A stretch of 64,000 bases of DNA from Alphaproteobacteria bacterium. Its GTDB lineage: Bacteria > Pseudomonadota > Alphaproteobacteria > SHVV01. The DNA lies in contig OZ253470.1 of the NCBI GenBank assembly GCA_965261735.1, positions 4,704,001 to 4,768,000 on the forward strand, read 5' to 3'. Shown one piece after another: positions 1 to 10,354 of the stretch; position 1 is the first letter of the stretch, and every line of letters begins with the position of its first letter. The translations under genes were made by a program, and so were the position numbers. The notes under the pieces are model-generated. The model was not told the DNA's origin and searched no databases. It saw only the letters and a list, made by a program, of their open reading frames with translations.

Positions 1-3000
1 CGACGGCGCCAGAGAGCATGGTGCCGACCGTGCGCTGGATGTTGCGGACCGGCGTTTCGATGGCGACGGGGTGCCCCGACTCGAGCGCAGGCCTGGCCCG
101 CTCGATCAGCCACTGGTCGAGCGCCTTGTCGAGCTGGTGGTCCTGAACTTCGCAGTGGCGCACCGCCACGCCGGGCCCGGCCTCGGGCCGATGGAGGATG
201 CGGGCCAAATCGACGCCCTGCGCCTTCCAGTGGCCGACCGCGCGGCGCATATCGAGGAGGTCGGAGCGGCCGATAAGATCGTCGAACCGGCGGATGCCGA
301 GGGACGCCATGATGTCGCGCACTTCCTCGGCGACGAAGAAGAAGTAGTTGATCACGTGCTCCGGCGTCCCCGTGAAACGCTTCCTCAGGTCCGGGTCCTG
401 GGTGGCGATGCCAACCGGGCAGGTATTGAGGTGGCATTTGCGCATCATGATGCAGCCCATCGCGATGAGCGGCGCCGTGGAAAAGCCGAACTCATCGGCC
501 CCGAGCATGGCGCCGACCACGACGTCGCGCCCGGTCCGCATGCCGCCATCGACCTGCACGGCGATGCGCCCGCGCAGGCGGTTGAGCACCAGGGTCTGGT
601 GCGTCTCGGCGAGGCCGATCTCCCACGGCGAGCCTGCGTGGGTGACCGAGGTCAAGGGGCTCGCGCCGGTGCCGCCCTCGAAGCCCGAGATCAGGACGTG
701 ATCCGAGCGTGCCTTGGTGACGCCGGCGGCGACCGTGCCGACGCCGACCTCCGACACCAATTTCACGCTGATGCGCGCCTCCGGGTTGACGTTCTTGAGA
801 TCGTGGATGAGCTGGGCGATATCCTCGATCGAGTAGATGTCGTGGTGCGGCGGGGGCGATATAAGGCCGACGCCGGGCGTCGAGTGCCGGACCTTGGCGA
901 TCGGGCCATTGACCTTGTGGCCGGGCAGCTGGCCGCCTTCGCCCGGCTTCGCGCCTTGGGCGATCTTGATCTGTAACTCGTCCGAGTTGACCAGGTATTC
1001 GGTCGTCACGCCGAAGCGCCCCGAGGCCACCTGCTTGATCGCGGAGCGCATCGAATCGCCATTGGCGAGCGGCACGAAACGGTCAGGTTCCTCGCCGCCC
1101 TCGCCGGTATTGGAGCGCCCGCCGATACGGTTCATGGCGATGGCGAGGGTGGTGTGCGCCTCGCGCGAGATCGATCCGTAGGACATGGCGCCGGTGGCAA
1201 ACCGCTTGACGATGTCCGTCGCCAGCTCGACCTCCTCGACCGGCACCGGCTCGCTCTCGGGCCGTAGCGTAAACAACCCGCGCAGCGTCATGAGCCGCCT
1301 GTTCTGGTCGTTGACGGCGCGCGCGAAGGCCTTGTACTTGTCGCCGCTGTTGCCGTTCACGGCGTGCTGGAGGTCGGCGATCGTGTCGGGCGACCAGGTG
1401 TGGTCCTCGCCGCGCAGCCGGAAGGCGTACTCGCCGCCAGGATCGAGCATGTTGCGCAGGATCGGCGAGTCGCCATAGGCGAGGTGGTGGCGGGCCACGG
1501 TTTCGGCCGCGATTTCCTCGAGGCCGACGCCCTCGATCATTGTCGCCGTCCCGGTGAAGTACTTGGCCACGAACGCGCTCGACAGGCCAACCGCGTCGAA
1601 AATCTGTGCCCCGCAGTAGGACTGGAAGGTCGAGATGCCCATCTTGGACATGACTTTGAGCATGCCCTTGTCGACGGCCTTGATGTACTTCGCCTGAACC
1701 TCGTCCTCGGTCATCTCCTCCGGCAGGCTCGGTCGGAGGGCGGAAAGGGTCTCGAACGCGAGATAAGGATTGAAGGCCTCGGCCCCATAGCCGGCGAGAA
1801 GGCAGTAGTGGTGCACTTCGCGCGCCTCGCCTGTCTCGACGACGAGGCCCGTTTCGGTGCGCAGCCCCTCGCGGATGAGGTGGTGGTGAACGGCCGACGT
1901 CGCCAGCAGCGCCGGCATGGCGATTCGCTCGCGGCTCATCGAGCGGTCGGACAGGATGAGAATGTTATATCCCTCGAGCACCGCCTGGTGCGCGCGCTGG
2001 CACAGAGCCTCGAGCGCCTCCGCCATGCCATGGGCGCCGTTTGCCGCCGGATAGCAGATGTCCAGTGTCTGGGTACGAAAGGCTGCCCCGACGTGATCGG
2101 TGATACGCCGGATCTTCTCGAGATCGCCGTTGGTGAGCACTGGCTGGCGCACCTCGAGCCGCCAATGGTCGTCGGCGTGGTTGCGGCCCAGCAGGTTGGG
2201 TCGCGGCCCGATGAGCGACACCAGCGACATCACCGATTCCTCGCGGATCGGGTCAATGGCGGGGTTGGTGACCTGCGCGAAGTTCTGCTTGAAGTACATG
2301 TAGAGCAGCTTGGACCGGCGTGAGAGCACGGCCAGCGGCGTGTCCGTGCCCATCGAGCCGACCGGGTCCTCGCCGCTTGATGCCATCGGCTCGAAGAAGA
2401 CGCTGAGGTCCTCGTCGGTGTAGCCGAACGCCTGCTGCCGGTCGAGGAGCGTATCCTCCACGGGGGCCTCGGCGAGGGGCTCGGCCGCGATGTCCTCGAG
2501 CACGAACTGCGTGCGCGCGAGCCACTCTTGATACGGCTGCGCCGAGGCAAGCTCGGCCTTGAGTTCGGTATCGTCGATGATACGGCCGCGCTCGAGGTCG
2601 ATGAGCAGCATCTTGCCGGGCTGCAGGCGCCATTTCTTGACGATCTTGCTTTGCGGCACGTCGAACACGCCGACCTCGGAGGCCATGACGACAAGATCAT
2701 CGTCGGTCACGATGTAGCGTGCGGGCCGCAAGCCGTTGCGGTCCAAAGTCGCGCCGATCTGGCGTCCGTCGCTGAAGGCAATCGCCGCCGGCCCATCCCA
2801 TGGCTCCATGAGCGCGGCGTAGTACTCGTAGAACGCGCGCCGCTTTTCGTCCATCAACGGGTTGCCCGACCACGCCTCCGGTATCAACAGCATCATCGCA
2901 TGCGCCAGTGAATAGCCCCCCAGCACAAGGAGCTCGAGCGCGTTGTCGAAGCTAGCGGTATCGGACTGGCCCTCGGGAATGAGCGGCCACAGCTTGTCGA

Positions 3001-3847
3001 GGTCGTCGCCAAACAGCTCGGATTTCATGGAGTGCCGCCGCGCCGCCATCCAGTTGACGTTGCCGCGCAGGGTGTTGATCTCGCCGTTGTGGCACACCAT
3101 TCGATAGGGGTGGGCGAGGCGCCACGACGGGAAGGTGTTGGTGGAGAAGCGCTGGTGTATCAGCGCGAACGCGCTCGTGAGGCGTGCGTCGTCGAGATCT
3201 TTGTAGTAGGTGACGAGCTGGTTGCCCATCACCATGCCCTTGTAGACGAGGGTCCGCGCCGACATCGAAGGGATATAGAAGTCCTCGATGCCGGCGTGCG
3301 GACGCGCGCCGAGGAGCGAGTTCTCGATCCGCTTGCGGATAACGAACAGCTTGCGTTCGAATTCGTCGTCATCGGCGATGCTGGCGCCCCGGCCGATGAG
3401 GATCTGGCGGACCACGGGCTCGGTCTTCTTCATCTCTTCGCTGATACGCGAATTGTCGACCGGCACGTCGCGCCAGCCGAGCACGGCCTGACCCTCGGCC
3501 CGGACGTAGCGCTCGACGCGGTGCTCGAAGGCCGCCCGGGCGGTCGCGGCACGCGGCAGGAACACCATGCCGACGCCGTAGGCGCCGACCTCGGGCAGGG
3601 CGATGCCCACGGCGTTGCACTCGGCGCGCAGGAAGTCGTCGGGGATCTGGAGGAGGATGCCGGCGCCGTCACCCGCCAGGGGATCGGCACCGACCGCGCC
3701 GCGGTGTTCCAGATTCACCATGACCTGGAGGCCCCAACGGACGATGTCGTGGCTCTTTTCGCCCTTGATGTGGGCGACGAACCCGACGCCGCACGAGTCA
3801 TGCTCGCGGCGCGGATCGTACAGCCCCTGTGGCGACGGCAACGACAT
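1..3847 (-). CDS. gltB: Glutamate synthase large subunit (partial, runs off the left edge)
   Basis: Manual minus-strand translation from ATG 3847: [29 protein letters not shown] (Ntn Cys motif). In-frame [18 protein letters not shown] near 930-980 and [14 protein letters not shown] near 10-50. Missing from the ORF track because there is no stop in the window. Confidence 0.97.
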   Translation of the reverse strand, partial: MSLPSPQGLYDPRREHDSCGVGFVAHIKGEKSHDIVRWGLQVMVNLEHRGAVGADPLAGDGAGILLQIPDDFLRAECNAVGIALPEVGAYGVGMVFLPRAATARAAFEHRVERYVRAEGQAVLGWRDVPVDNSRISEEMKKTEPVVRQILIGRGASIADDDEFERKLFVIRKRIENSLLGARPHAGIEDFYIPSMSARTLVYKGMVMGNQLVTYYKDLDDARLTSAFALIHQRFSTNTFPSWRLAHPYRMVCHNGEINTLRGNVNWMAARRHSMKSELFGDDLDKLWPLIPEGQSDTASFDNALELLVLGGYSLAHAMMLLIPEAWSGNPLMDEKRRAFYEYYAALMEPWDGPAAIAFSDGRQIGATLDRNGLRPARYIVTDDDLVVMASEVGVFDVPQSKIVKKWRLQPGKMLLIDLERGRIIDDTELKAELASAQPYQEWLARTQFVLEDIAAEPLAEAPVEDTLLDRQQAFGYTDEDLSVFFEPMASSGEDPVGSMGTDTPLAVLSRRSKLLYMYFKQNFAQVTNPAIDPIREESVMSLVSLIGPRPNLLGRNHADDHWRLEVRQPVLTNGDLEKIRRITDHVGAAFRTQTLDICYPAANGAHGMAEALEALCQRAHQAVLEGYNILILSDRSMSRERIAMPALLATSAVHHHLIREGLRTETGLVVETGEAREVHHYCLLAGYGAEAFNPYLAFETLSALRPSLPEEMTEDEVQAKYIKAVDKGMLKVMSKMGISTFQSYCGAQIFDAVGLSSAFVAKYFTGTATMIEGVGLEEIAAETVARHHLAYGDSPILRNMLDPGGEYAFRLRGEDHTWSPDTIADLQHAVNGNSGDKYKAFARAVNDQNRRLMTLRGLFTLRPESEPVPVEEVELATDIVKRFATGAMSYGSISREAHTTLAIAMNRIGGRSNTGEGGEEPDRFVPLANGDSMRSAIKQVASGRFGVTTEYLVNSDELQIKIAQGAKPGEGGQLPGHKVNGPIAKVRHSTPGVGLISPPPHHDIYSIEDIAQLIHDLKNVNPEARISVKLVSEVGVGTVAAGVTKARSDHVLISGFEGGTGASPLTSVTHAGSPWEIGLAETHQTLVLNRLRGRIAVQVDGGMRTGRDVVVGAMLGADEFGFSTAPLIAMGCIMMRKCHLNTCPVGIATQDPDLRKRFTGTPEHVINYFFFVAEEVRDIMASLGIRRFDDLIGRSDLLDMRRAVGHWKAQGVDLARILHRPEAGPGVAVRHCEVQDHQLDKALDQWLIERARPALESGHPVAIETPVRNIQRTVGTMLSGAV

Positions 3848-4196
3848 GGTCACGCGTTCCTCTTGGCCCTGAACCACACTCAACAGCGGGCATAGCGGTA
3901 ACGAATGGCCCGCACGGCGCTTGCTCCGGCCAACCTACCATAATGCCCGATTCGCACCGAATCGTGAACCGTTTGGCGGCGTACCGCCGGTAGTGGAAGG
4001 CCCCCTCGACCGCACCGCAACCGGTAGGCTGCGGGTGTTGGCGTCATTATAGGAGGGTGCGCGCGGCCAATGAACAGGGAAAGCGCCGCCCGCCGCCCGA
4101 TGCCGGCATCACCCCTGAGAGCCGCGAATGAGCCTGAAATGGACAGGCAGCGCGCCGAGGACGTAATCTTGCGGCTCACCAGGCGCTGCAAGGGAG

Positions 4197-4604
4197 ATGG
4201 GCATGGCACGGCTTCGGCATATCGCGATCGTCGTTAGCGACAAGGAGAAAGCGGCCCAGTTCTACGAGCGCGTGTTCGAGATGAAGCGGGTTGGCGAAGA
4301 GGACGTGGGCGGCGGCAGCGCCATCTACCTGTCCGACGGCGTCATCAACCTAGCGCTCCTCAACTACAGATCCGACAAGATGGCCGGCATCAAGGACGCC
4401 AAGAACTTCATCGGCACCCACCATTTCGGCTTTCAGGTGGACGATCTCGCGGACTCGCAGGCGAAGATCGAGGCGGCTGGCGGCAGTTTCCACTTCGATC
4501 TCGGCGAAGACGACGAGAAGGTCAACTTCGAGAAGAAGTTTCGCGACCCCGACGGCATCATTTTCGATATTTCGAAGAGCGGCTGGGTCGGCACCGACGG
4601 CTGA
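4197..4604 (+). CDS. VOC/glyoxalase/bleomycin-resistance family protein
   Basis: ARLRHIAIVV, HHFGFQVDDL and KFRDPDGIIFDIS motifs. AGGGAG RBS upstream; the start could be ATG 4203. Confidence 0.85.
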   Translation: MGMARLRHIAIVVSDKEKAAQFYERVFEMKRVGEEDVGGGSAIYLSDGVINLALLNYRSDKMAGIKDAKNFIGTHHFGFQVDDLADSQAKIEAAGGSFHFDLGEDDEKVNFEKKFRDPDGIIFDISKSGWVGTDG

Positions 4605-4669
4605 AAGCGGACCACGACGATCCGACGCGGCCGCCCCCGGCCGGCGCGCCACCTACCTGCGGGTCGGTC

Positions 4670-5536
4670 TCAGAAGACCGACTTCTCGCTCTTCAGGAAG
4701 TGCCACGGTATCACCCACCGCTCGATAAACGTGACCGCGAGGAACAGCGTCACCGCGATCGTCGCGAGATAGAAGATCGCGGCGAAGGTCTCGGCGGTCT
4801 TGAACGCCGCGTTGGCGGCGATGATGACCGGACCCAGCCCCTCGTGGGCGCCCACCCATTCGCCGACGATGGCGCCGATGGGAGCGATCGTCGCGGAGAT
4901 CTTGAGGCCGGTGAAAATGTAGGGGGCCGAGCCGGGGAAGCGAACCTTCCAGAAGATTTGCCATTTGCTCGCGCCGAGCGAATCCATGAGGCTGATGGTG
5001 TCGCGATCGATCGAGACGAGGCCGGCGAAGACGTTCACGAACACCGGGAAGAAGACGATGATCGCCGCAACGATCACCTTGGGCGCCATGCCGAATCCGA
5101 ACCAGATAATCAGAATCGGTGCGATCGCAATGGTCGGGATGGCTTGTGTGCTGATGATCAGCGGCAGGATGGCCTGGCGCAGCGTGCGCGAGTGAAATAC
5201 GGCGGTGCCGAGAACGAATCCGATTCCGGCGCCGTAGCTGAAGCCAAGGATGATTTCCTGCAGTGTCACCCAGGCGTTGGGCAAGAACTTGTCGAGCGCG
5301 CGGTCATAGGCCGCGTACAGGATCTGATGAAGGGGCGGCAATATGTAGTCCGGCTGGTTGAACCAAACGTTGAAGTTTTCCCAGACGAAAACGATCAGCG
5401 CGACGGCGATCATCGCGGGTACAGCTGAACGCAGCCGCTCGGCGAGCGGTCTGCGCGGCGGGCCGCTGCGCGCCGGCGGGCCGGCCGGGCCTGCCGCCGT
5501 CTCTATTTCGCGGTCCAATCGCGCAGTCTGCGTCAT
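4670..5536 (-). CDS. NitT/TauT (ThiX/SsuC-like) ABC transporter permease
   Basis: Multiple TM segments. Motifs QAIPTIAIAPILIIWFGFG, EAA-like loop SLGASKWQIFWKVRFP and IGAIVGEW. Confidence 0.92.
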   Translation of the reverse strand: MTQTARLDREIETAAGPAGPPARSGPPRRPLAERLRSAVPAMIAVALIVFVWENFNVWFNQPDYILPPLHQILYAAYDRALDKFLPNAWVTLQEIILGFSYGAGIGFVLGTAVFHSRTLRQAILPLIISTQAIPTIAIAPILIIWFGFGMAPKVIVAAIIVFFPVFVNVFAGLVSIDRDTISLMDSLGASKWQIFWKVRFPGSAPYIFTGLKISATIAPIGAIVGEWVGAHEGLGPVIIAANAAFKTAETFAAIFYLATIAVTLFLAVTFIERWVIPWHFLKSEKSVF

Positions 5537-5660
5537 TCGTCCGCCACCCTACGGCGCCCGATCAAGGCGTCAACATGGCCGTCGCGCCGCCGCCGCCCCG
5601 GGGAGGACGATTGCCGACCCTGAGGGGAGCGAGCCCACGAAGGTTGAGCGCGCGGCCACC

Positions 5661-6683
5661 TTATGGCAGGTACTCGTTGGTGAAATACGTGGTTGCCGCG
5701 GCCGGTACGGTAATCAGCTTTTCCTGGACCGCCCAATCGAGCGATTCCTGCCAGATCGCCACGTCCTGGACGAGCATCTTGCCGTCGGCGGTGAACCAGT
5801 CACCCTTCGCGCCCTCGGCGATCTTGGTATGCTGGGCCAGCGTAAAAATCTCGTTGCCCTTGGCGATGACCTCGTTGGTTGGCCCGGGATTGGCGAAGAA
5901 GTCGCGCGCGCCCTTTTCCGTCGCCCGCAGGAAGCGACAGGTCGCGGCGGCGTTCTTCCTGACCCAGTTCTCGTTGCCAACGAGGACCTGGTAGTAGAAG
6001 GCGGGGACGCCGAAGTCGCGGTAGAGCAGCCAACGCACGGGGCCCTTGCCCTGTCCTGCCAACACCTCGTCGGCGACGATGCCCTCGCCGTACGTGATGC
6101 CGTGGGCGGCGTCGACCTTGTCCTCGACGATGAGGGCGACATGGGCGAAGCCCGGGTCGATGACCTTGACATCGTCGACGGTCAGGCCGCCCGACTTGAG
6201 GACGCTGCGCAAAAACGCCTGGGCATCGAGCTTGGGTCCGACGCCCAGCGTCATGCCCTTGAGATCGGCCGCCGACTGAATCGCCTTATCGCCCTTGAAG
6301 AACAGGCCCGACGAGATAACCCGCAACATCGCGGCGACCGAAATCACCGGAATGCCGGTATCGCGGGAGATCATGACCTCGGGCACGTAGGTCATGCTGA
6401 ACTGTACGCGCTCGCGCGCCACCAGCTTGATCGGGTCGGCCGGGTTGGCCGGCGAGATGACGTTAACCTCGAGCCCCTCGGCCTTGTAGAAGCCGTTGTT
6501 GATAGCCGAGAAAAACGGGCCCTGGACCGCCCACGGGAGCCAGTCCGCCATGACCGTGATCTTGGTTGTCTCGGCGGGCGAATCGCAGGGTCCCGCCAAG
6601 GCGTCGCGGGCCGGCACGCTAGTTGCGATCAGCGCAGCGGCGAGTGCCGCGGCGCCAAGTGTCCGAAATGAAATGTCAATCAC
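5661..6683 (-). CDS. NMT1/THI5-like (ThiY/SsuA family) ABC substrate-binding protein
   Basis: Signal peptide, then DWLPWAVQGPFF, GFYKAEGLEV and ADLKGMTLG motifs. Lies between the NitT/TauT ATPase and permease. Confidence 0.88.
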   Translation of the reverse strand: MIDISFRTLGAAALAAALIATSVPARDALAGPCDSPAETTKITVMADWLPWAVQGPFFSAINNGFYKAEGLEVNVISPANPADPIKLVARERVQFSMTYVPEVMISRDTGIPVISVAAMLRVISSGLFFKGDKAIQSAADLKGMTLGVGPKLDAQAFLRSVLKSGGLTVDDVKVIDPGFAHVALIVEDKVDAAHGITYGEGIVADEVLAGQGKGPVRWLLYRDFGVPAFYYQVLVGNENWVRKNAAATCRFLRATEKGARDFFANPGPTNEVIAKGNEIFTLAQHTKIAEGAKGDWFTADGKMLVQDVAIWQESLDWAVQEKLITVPAAATTYFTNEYLP

Positions 6684-6723
6684 CTTACTCCTCCCTCTCC
6701 TCTAGTTGCCTTCAATACCAGGG

Positions 6724-7524
6724 CTAAACAGCCGCAAAGCCCGGGCTCGCGGCCTTCACGCTTTCATCGTAAATCTGATCGAGCACGATTTTTTTCAGCT
6801 CGTTGAACCGCGCCGAGGTCAGCATGGTGTGGTCCCGCGGCCGATCCAGGTCGATGACCAGCTCGCCCTTGATGCGCCCCGGACGCGCCGACATCATCAG
6901 CACCCGATCGGACAGGAACACCGCCTCCTCGATGTCGTGGGTGATGAAGATGATCGTACGGTGGTCCTTCTCCCAGATGCTAAGCAGCCACTCCTGCATG
7001 ACCGAGCGGGTGAGCGCATCGAGCGCGCCGAACGGCTCGTCGAGCAGCAGGATGCTGCGGTCGCACAGCAGCGTGCGCATAAGGGCGGCGCGCTGGCGCA
7101 TGCCACCGGAAAGCTGGCTCGGATAGTTGTCGGCGAAGCCGCCGAGTCCGAATTCATCGAGGATCCGCTGTGCGCGCTCCTGCGCCTCTTTGCGCTTGGT
7201 GCCCAGCACCTCGATGCCGAGCGCCACGTTCTCTCGGATGTTGCGCCAGGGGAACAGCAGATCCTTCTGGAACATGTAGCTGAAATGTTCGTGCCGGACC
7301 GCGACCTCACTACCGTCGATCAGGATGTGTCCCGAGGTCGGCTCGAGCAGGCCGGCGATGATGTTGAGCAAGGTCGTCTTGCCGCAACCGCTGGGCCCGA
7401 CAATGGTGAGAAACTCCTTGGCCCGGACCGACAGGTCGGTGGACTCGACGGCCACGACGTCGAGCCCGTCGCCCTGCGGCGGAAACACCTTGTGGATGCC
7501 GACCAGCGTGACCTTGTCGTTCAC
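6724..7524 (-). CDS. NitT/TauT ABC transporter ATP-binding protein
   Basis: Walker A GPSGCGKT, signature LSGGMRQR, Walker B LLLDEPFGALD, and ITHDIEEA. Confidence 0.95.
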   Translation of the reverse strand: MNDKVTLVGIHKVFPPQGDGLDVVAVESTDLSVRAKEFLTIVGPSGCGKTTLLNIIAGLLEPTSGHILIDGSEVAVRHEHFSYMFQKDLLFPWRNIRENVALGIEVLGTKRKEAQERAQRILDEFGLGGFADNYPSQLSGGMRQRAALMRTLLCDRSILLLDEPFGALDALTRSVMQEWLLSIWEKDHRTIIFITHDIEEAVFLSDRVLMMSARPGRIKGELVIDLDRPRDHTMLTSARFNELKKIVLDQIYDESVKAASPGFAAV

Positions 7525-7636
7525 CGGCGGCGCCCCCCGTCCGCGCTCGCACGGCCCCGGAGGTGCATGGGGCGCTCGTTACCTACAGTTGTCACCGTGT
7601 CCCCCCGCAAATGCAGCGCTCGCCTACCGACGACGC

Positions 7637-8410
7637 TTAGGCGGCCTTTTTGTGCTGTGGCCAGAACGCCTGCGGAAGGTCGAGATCGGCGGCCTTGAAC
7701 ACGCCGTCCCAGCATTCCCACAGCCGGTCACGAACGAACCTGGCGTTGCCGTAGAAGCGCCGCCGCTGTAGCGGCGTATGGGCGTAGGCGCGGATCAGCT
7801 TCCTGCCCTCCGCCGCGTGCTCCATATCGCCCTCGATGTGGACGATGAAGATGTCGAGGTCGCGGTTCGTGAAGCCGAAGTGCTTCTTGAGCGGTGGCAC
7901 CAGGCGGATGTAGAAATCCGGCAGCATCGCTTCGCCGCCGACCATGCCGGCGGCCATCGCCAGCGCCGGCTCGTCGTGGATGCCGAAATGCACGATGTCC
8001 TCCATCGCGTCGCCGAGCTGGGGGTGGGGGCGCAGCCGTCCCTCGCGGTTCGCCGCCTCGATCTCGCCCCTGTCGTACCCACACGCCTCGGCAAACTCGA
8101 TCGCCAATACGTAGTGCGCGGCGTGACCACAACGCTCCTCGGTCTCTTCGTCGATGAGGTTCTCCATGATGGCGGTACGGGCGCCGAGATCCATGTTGTG
8201 CATCAGGCACGATCCGATGTTACGCACGCTATGGTTGTAGTAGTACATCATCTGATAGCAGATCTTGTTGATCTGATCGCGGGCAACCTCGCCCCGCACC
8301 AGGCGGTCGAGAAACGGGTGGTCGGCGAGCCGGCGCTGCTCGATCATGCCGGTGATCGTATCGACGAACTCATCGGGCTTCATCTCGCGGGTGACATCGA
8401 TGCCATCCAT
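7637..8410 (-). CDS. Heme-oxygenase-like diiron oxidase (HDO; PqqC/CADD/TenA fold) with complete metal-ligand set
   Basis: N-terminal HPF. ENLIDE(88)E...H99, E160 and H191-x3-D195-x2-H198 match the CADD-type E/H/E/HxxxDxxH diiron pattern. Confidence 0.8.
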   Translation of the reverse strand: MDGIDVTREMKPDEFVDTITGMIEQRRLADHPFLDRLVRGEVARDQINKICYQMMYYYNHSVRNIGSCLMHNMDLGARTAIMENLIDEETEERCGHAAHYVLAIEFAEACGYDRGEIEAANREGRLRPHPQLGDAMEDIVHFGIHDEPALAMAAGMVGGEAMLPDFYIRLVPPLKKHFGFTNRDLDIFIVHIEGDMEHAAEGRKLIRAYAHTPLQRRRFYGNARFVRDRLWECWDGVFKAADLDLPQAFWPQHKKAA

Positions 8411-8527
8411 GGTTGGCTCTCCCGGCTCTCTTCGGCGCCGCTCACATCGCGGCGTCGGTCTCTATCAGGTCGCTACGGTATTCCACGGGACGCGACCCTG
8501 CAACAGCCGGCGAAACTGGCGAAAGGT

Positions 8528-9235
8528 CTAGGCGGCGCGCGTGCCCTGCGCACCAACGAACAGCGAATCCCAGCATGCGTACCATTCATCGCGCAGCCGC
8601 TCGGTGTAGTACACCAGGCGCAGCCGATCGAACGTGTCGCGGCAGTGCTGGAGCGCGTGGTCGACGTCGGACGGAGCGAATAGCGCCGGCGCCTTAAAGA
8701 CGCGAAGCGCGCTCTCGGGAACCCCGTAGTGGGTCCTGAACGCCTTGGCCAGGGCACGGTTGAGGCCCTTCATCTGGGACTCGACCGCGGCGCAGGCGCC
8801 TAGCGTGACCCAGTACACGGGCCGTTCCATTGTCGCGATGACCTCGCCAAAACGGTCTTCCAGCGTCGACGAAAGAGCTGCGGCCCGGGCCGCCTTGGCC
8901 GACACGCCGAGCGCCCGCGCCAGCTCCCGCGCCAGCGCCGCATGCGCGCCCTCGCCGATGCGCAAGCTGGTGCCGTCGCCGAGCTTGATCGGGGTCAGCA
9001 TTTTGTCGACGAAGAGGCGGCGGATCGTGTAGTCGGCGCTGTTCATGTACATCGGGCCGTAGAGCTCGATGACGTTGTCGTAATAGGGGATGAGCTGCGT
9101 CGCGACATCGCGCACCTGCCGCTTCGATGCGCGACCGGTCCGGAACTGCGCCTTGAACCACGGATGATCGACGATGCGGCGTTGGAGCGCGGTGCCGTAC
9201 AACGTCTCGGCATTCACGACCGGTTCGGCGCTCAT
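8528..9235 (-). CDS. Second heme-oxygenase-like fold protein with degenerate metal ligands
   Basis: Collinear with the 7637-8410 protein (QRRIVDHPWF vs QRRLADHPFL; AHAALA; AVESQ; HYG; WYACWD vs LWECWD). It lacks the DEE glutamate and the His of HxxxDxxH. Confidence 0.7.
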   Translation of the reverse strand: MSAEPVVNAETLYGTALQRRIVDHPWFKAQFRTGRASKRQVRDVATQLIPYYDNVIELYGPMYMNSADYTIRRLFVDKMLTPIKLGDGTSLRIGEGAHAALARELARALGVSAKAARAAALSSTLEDRFGEVIATMERPVYWVTLGACAAVESQMKGLNRALAKAFRTHYGVPESALRVFKAPALFAPSDVDHALQHCRDTFDRLRLVYYTERLRDEWYACWDSLFVGAQGTRAA

Positions 9236-9370
9236 CGATTCTCTCTCTCGGAGGATAACTTGGTGTCCAGGTATAGGAATCGCCTAGGCGAGTCAAGCCG
9301 GGGCCAACGCCGCATCGGGCGGGGGTGATGTAGCCTGGCCGAGGCCCGAAAACGGCCACCCGGGCGCGCC

Positions 9371-9399
9371 TTGCCGGGCCTGCCGCCATCCGTTATGGT
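9371..9399 (+). promoter_or_regulatory. Candidate sigma70 promoter of the FAH gene
   Basis: TTGCCG-N17-TATGGT, about 55 nt upstream of ATG 9454. Confidence 0.4.
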
Positions 9400-9453
9400 G
9401 CGCGCCGCCGCACAGACATCACAATAATACGTCCCTGGGGAGGAGCCCTGAAC

Positions 9454-10305
9454 ATGCGTTTCGCCACACTCGTCGGTCCCGACCGCCAGTCCTATTTCGT
9501 GCGCGTCAAGGATGGGGTCGCGACTCCCATCGGCCGTGCCTATGAGCGGCCCGGTGCCGACCCGCTGCGCGACCTCCTCGAGGCCCGCAAGAGCCCGGCC
9601 CGCGCGCCGGCCATCGCCGATCCCTTTCCCGCCGGCCGCGCCCGCCACCACCCGGCGGTCACCGCGCCGTCGAAGATCGTCGCCATTGGCCTCAACTACC
9701 GCAAGCACGCCAAGGAGACGAACAATCCTCTTCCCAAGGCGCCAATGTCGTGGTGCAAGTACACGAGCAGCCTGCTCGGCCACAACCGGCCGATTCGCTA
9801 CCGGCGCAAGGATTCGACCAAGATCGATTACGAGACCGAGCTCGCGTTCGTCTTTGGGAGTCGCGCGCGCGACGTCAAGAAGTCCAAGGCCCTCGATTAT
9901 GTCTTCGGCTACACCATGTGCAACGACGTCACCGCGCGCGACCACCAGTTTGCGGAGGGGCAGTTCGCGCGTAGCAAAAGCTTCGACACCTTCTCGCCGC
10001 TGGGACCCGTGATCGTCACCGCGGACGAGATTCCCGATCCACAAGCCATCACCATCCGCACCCGGCTCAACGGCAAGGTGATGCAGGAGGAGACGACCGG
10101 CGACATGGTGTTCTCGTGCGCCGAGCTCATCGAGTACCTGTCGCGCTTCTTCACCTTCGAGCCGGGCGACGTGGTCAGCACGGGCACGCCGTCCGGTGTG
10201 GGCGTCGCCCGCAAGCCGCCGGTGTTTATGAAGAACGGCGATATCGTCGAGGTCGAGGGCGACAAGATCGGCACCCTGCGCAACCCCGTCCAGGTCTACA
10301 AGTAG
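9454..10305 (+). CDS. Fumarylacetoacetate hydrolase (FAH) family protein
   Basis: IVAIGLNYRKH, DYETEL, NDVTARD, KSFDTFSPLGP and PGDVVSTGTPSGVG motifs. GGAGGAG RBS. Confidence 0.95.
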   Translation: MRFATLVGPDRQSYFVRVKDGVATPIGRAYERPGADPLRDLLEARKSPARAPAIADPFPAGRARHHPAVTAPSKIVAIGLNYRKHAKETNNPLPKAPMSWCKYTSSLLGHNRPIRYRRKDSTKIDYETELAFVFGSRARDVKKSKALDYVFGYTMCNDVTARDHQFAEGQFARSKSFDTFSPLGPVIVTADEIPDPQAITIRTRLNGKVMQEETTGDMVFSCAELIEYLSRFFTFEPGDVVSTGTPSGVGVARKPPVFMKNGDIVEVEGDKIGTLRNPVQVYK

Positions 10306-10354
10306 CGCGGGACGAGCCGGCGCTGGCCCGCCCAACCTCACGGGCGGCCGAGCC

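Noticed and set aside
71-3895. Long plus-strand ORFs (71..976, 1364..2323, 3032..3895) and similar long antisense ORFs elsewhere (e.g. 43340..45298, 47810..50365, 31362..33008)
   Set aside because: Shadow frames antisense to well-supported genes (gltB, nuoG, nuoL, transposase). Typical of high-GC codon bias and lacking family motifs.
4050-4196. TPP, cobalamin or glycine riboswitch (CTGAGA, AACAGGGAA and CGCCGAGG fragments)
   Set aside because: Only isolated sub-motifs are present. The remaining conserved cores are missing.
7637-9235. Annotation as TenA thiaminase II, or as PqqC of PQQ synthesis
   Set aside because: No TenA YLxQD or catalytic-Cys motif, and no pqqABDE genes nearby. The ligand pattern fits CADD-type diiron proteins better.
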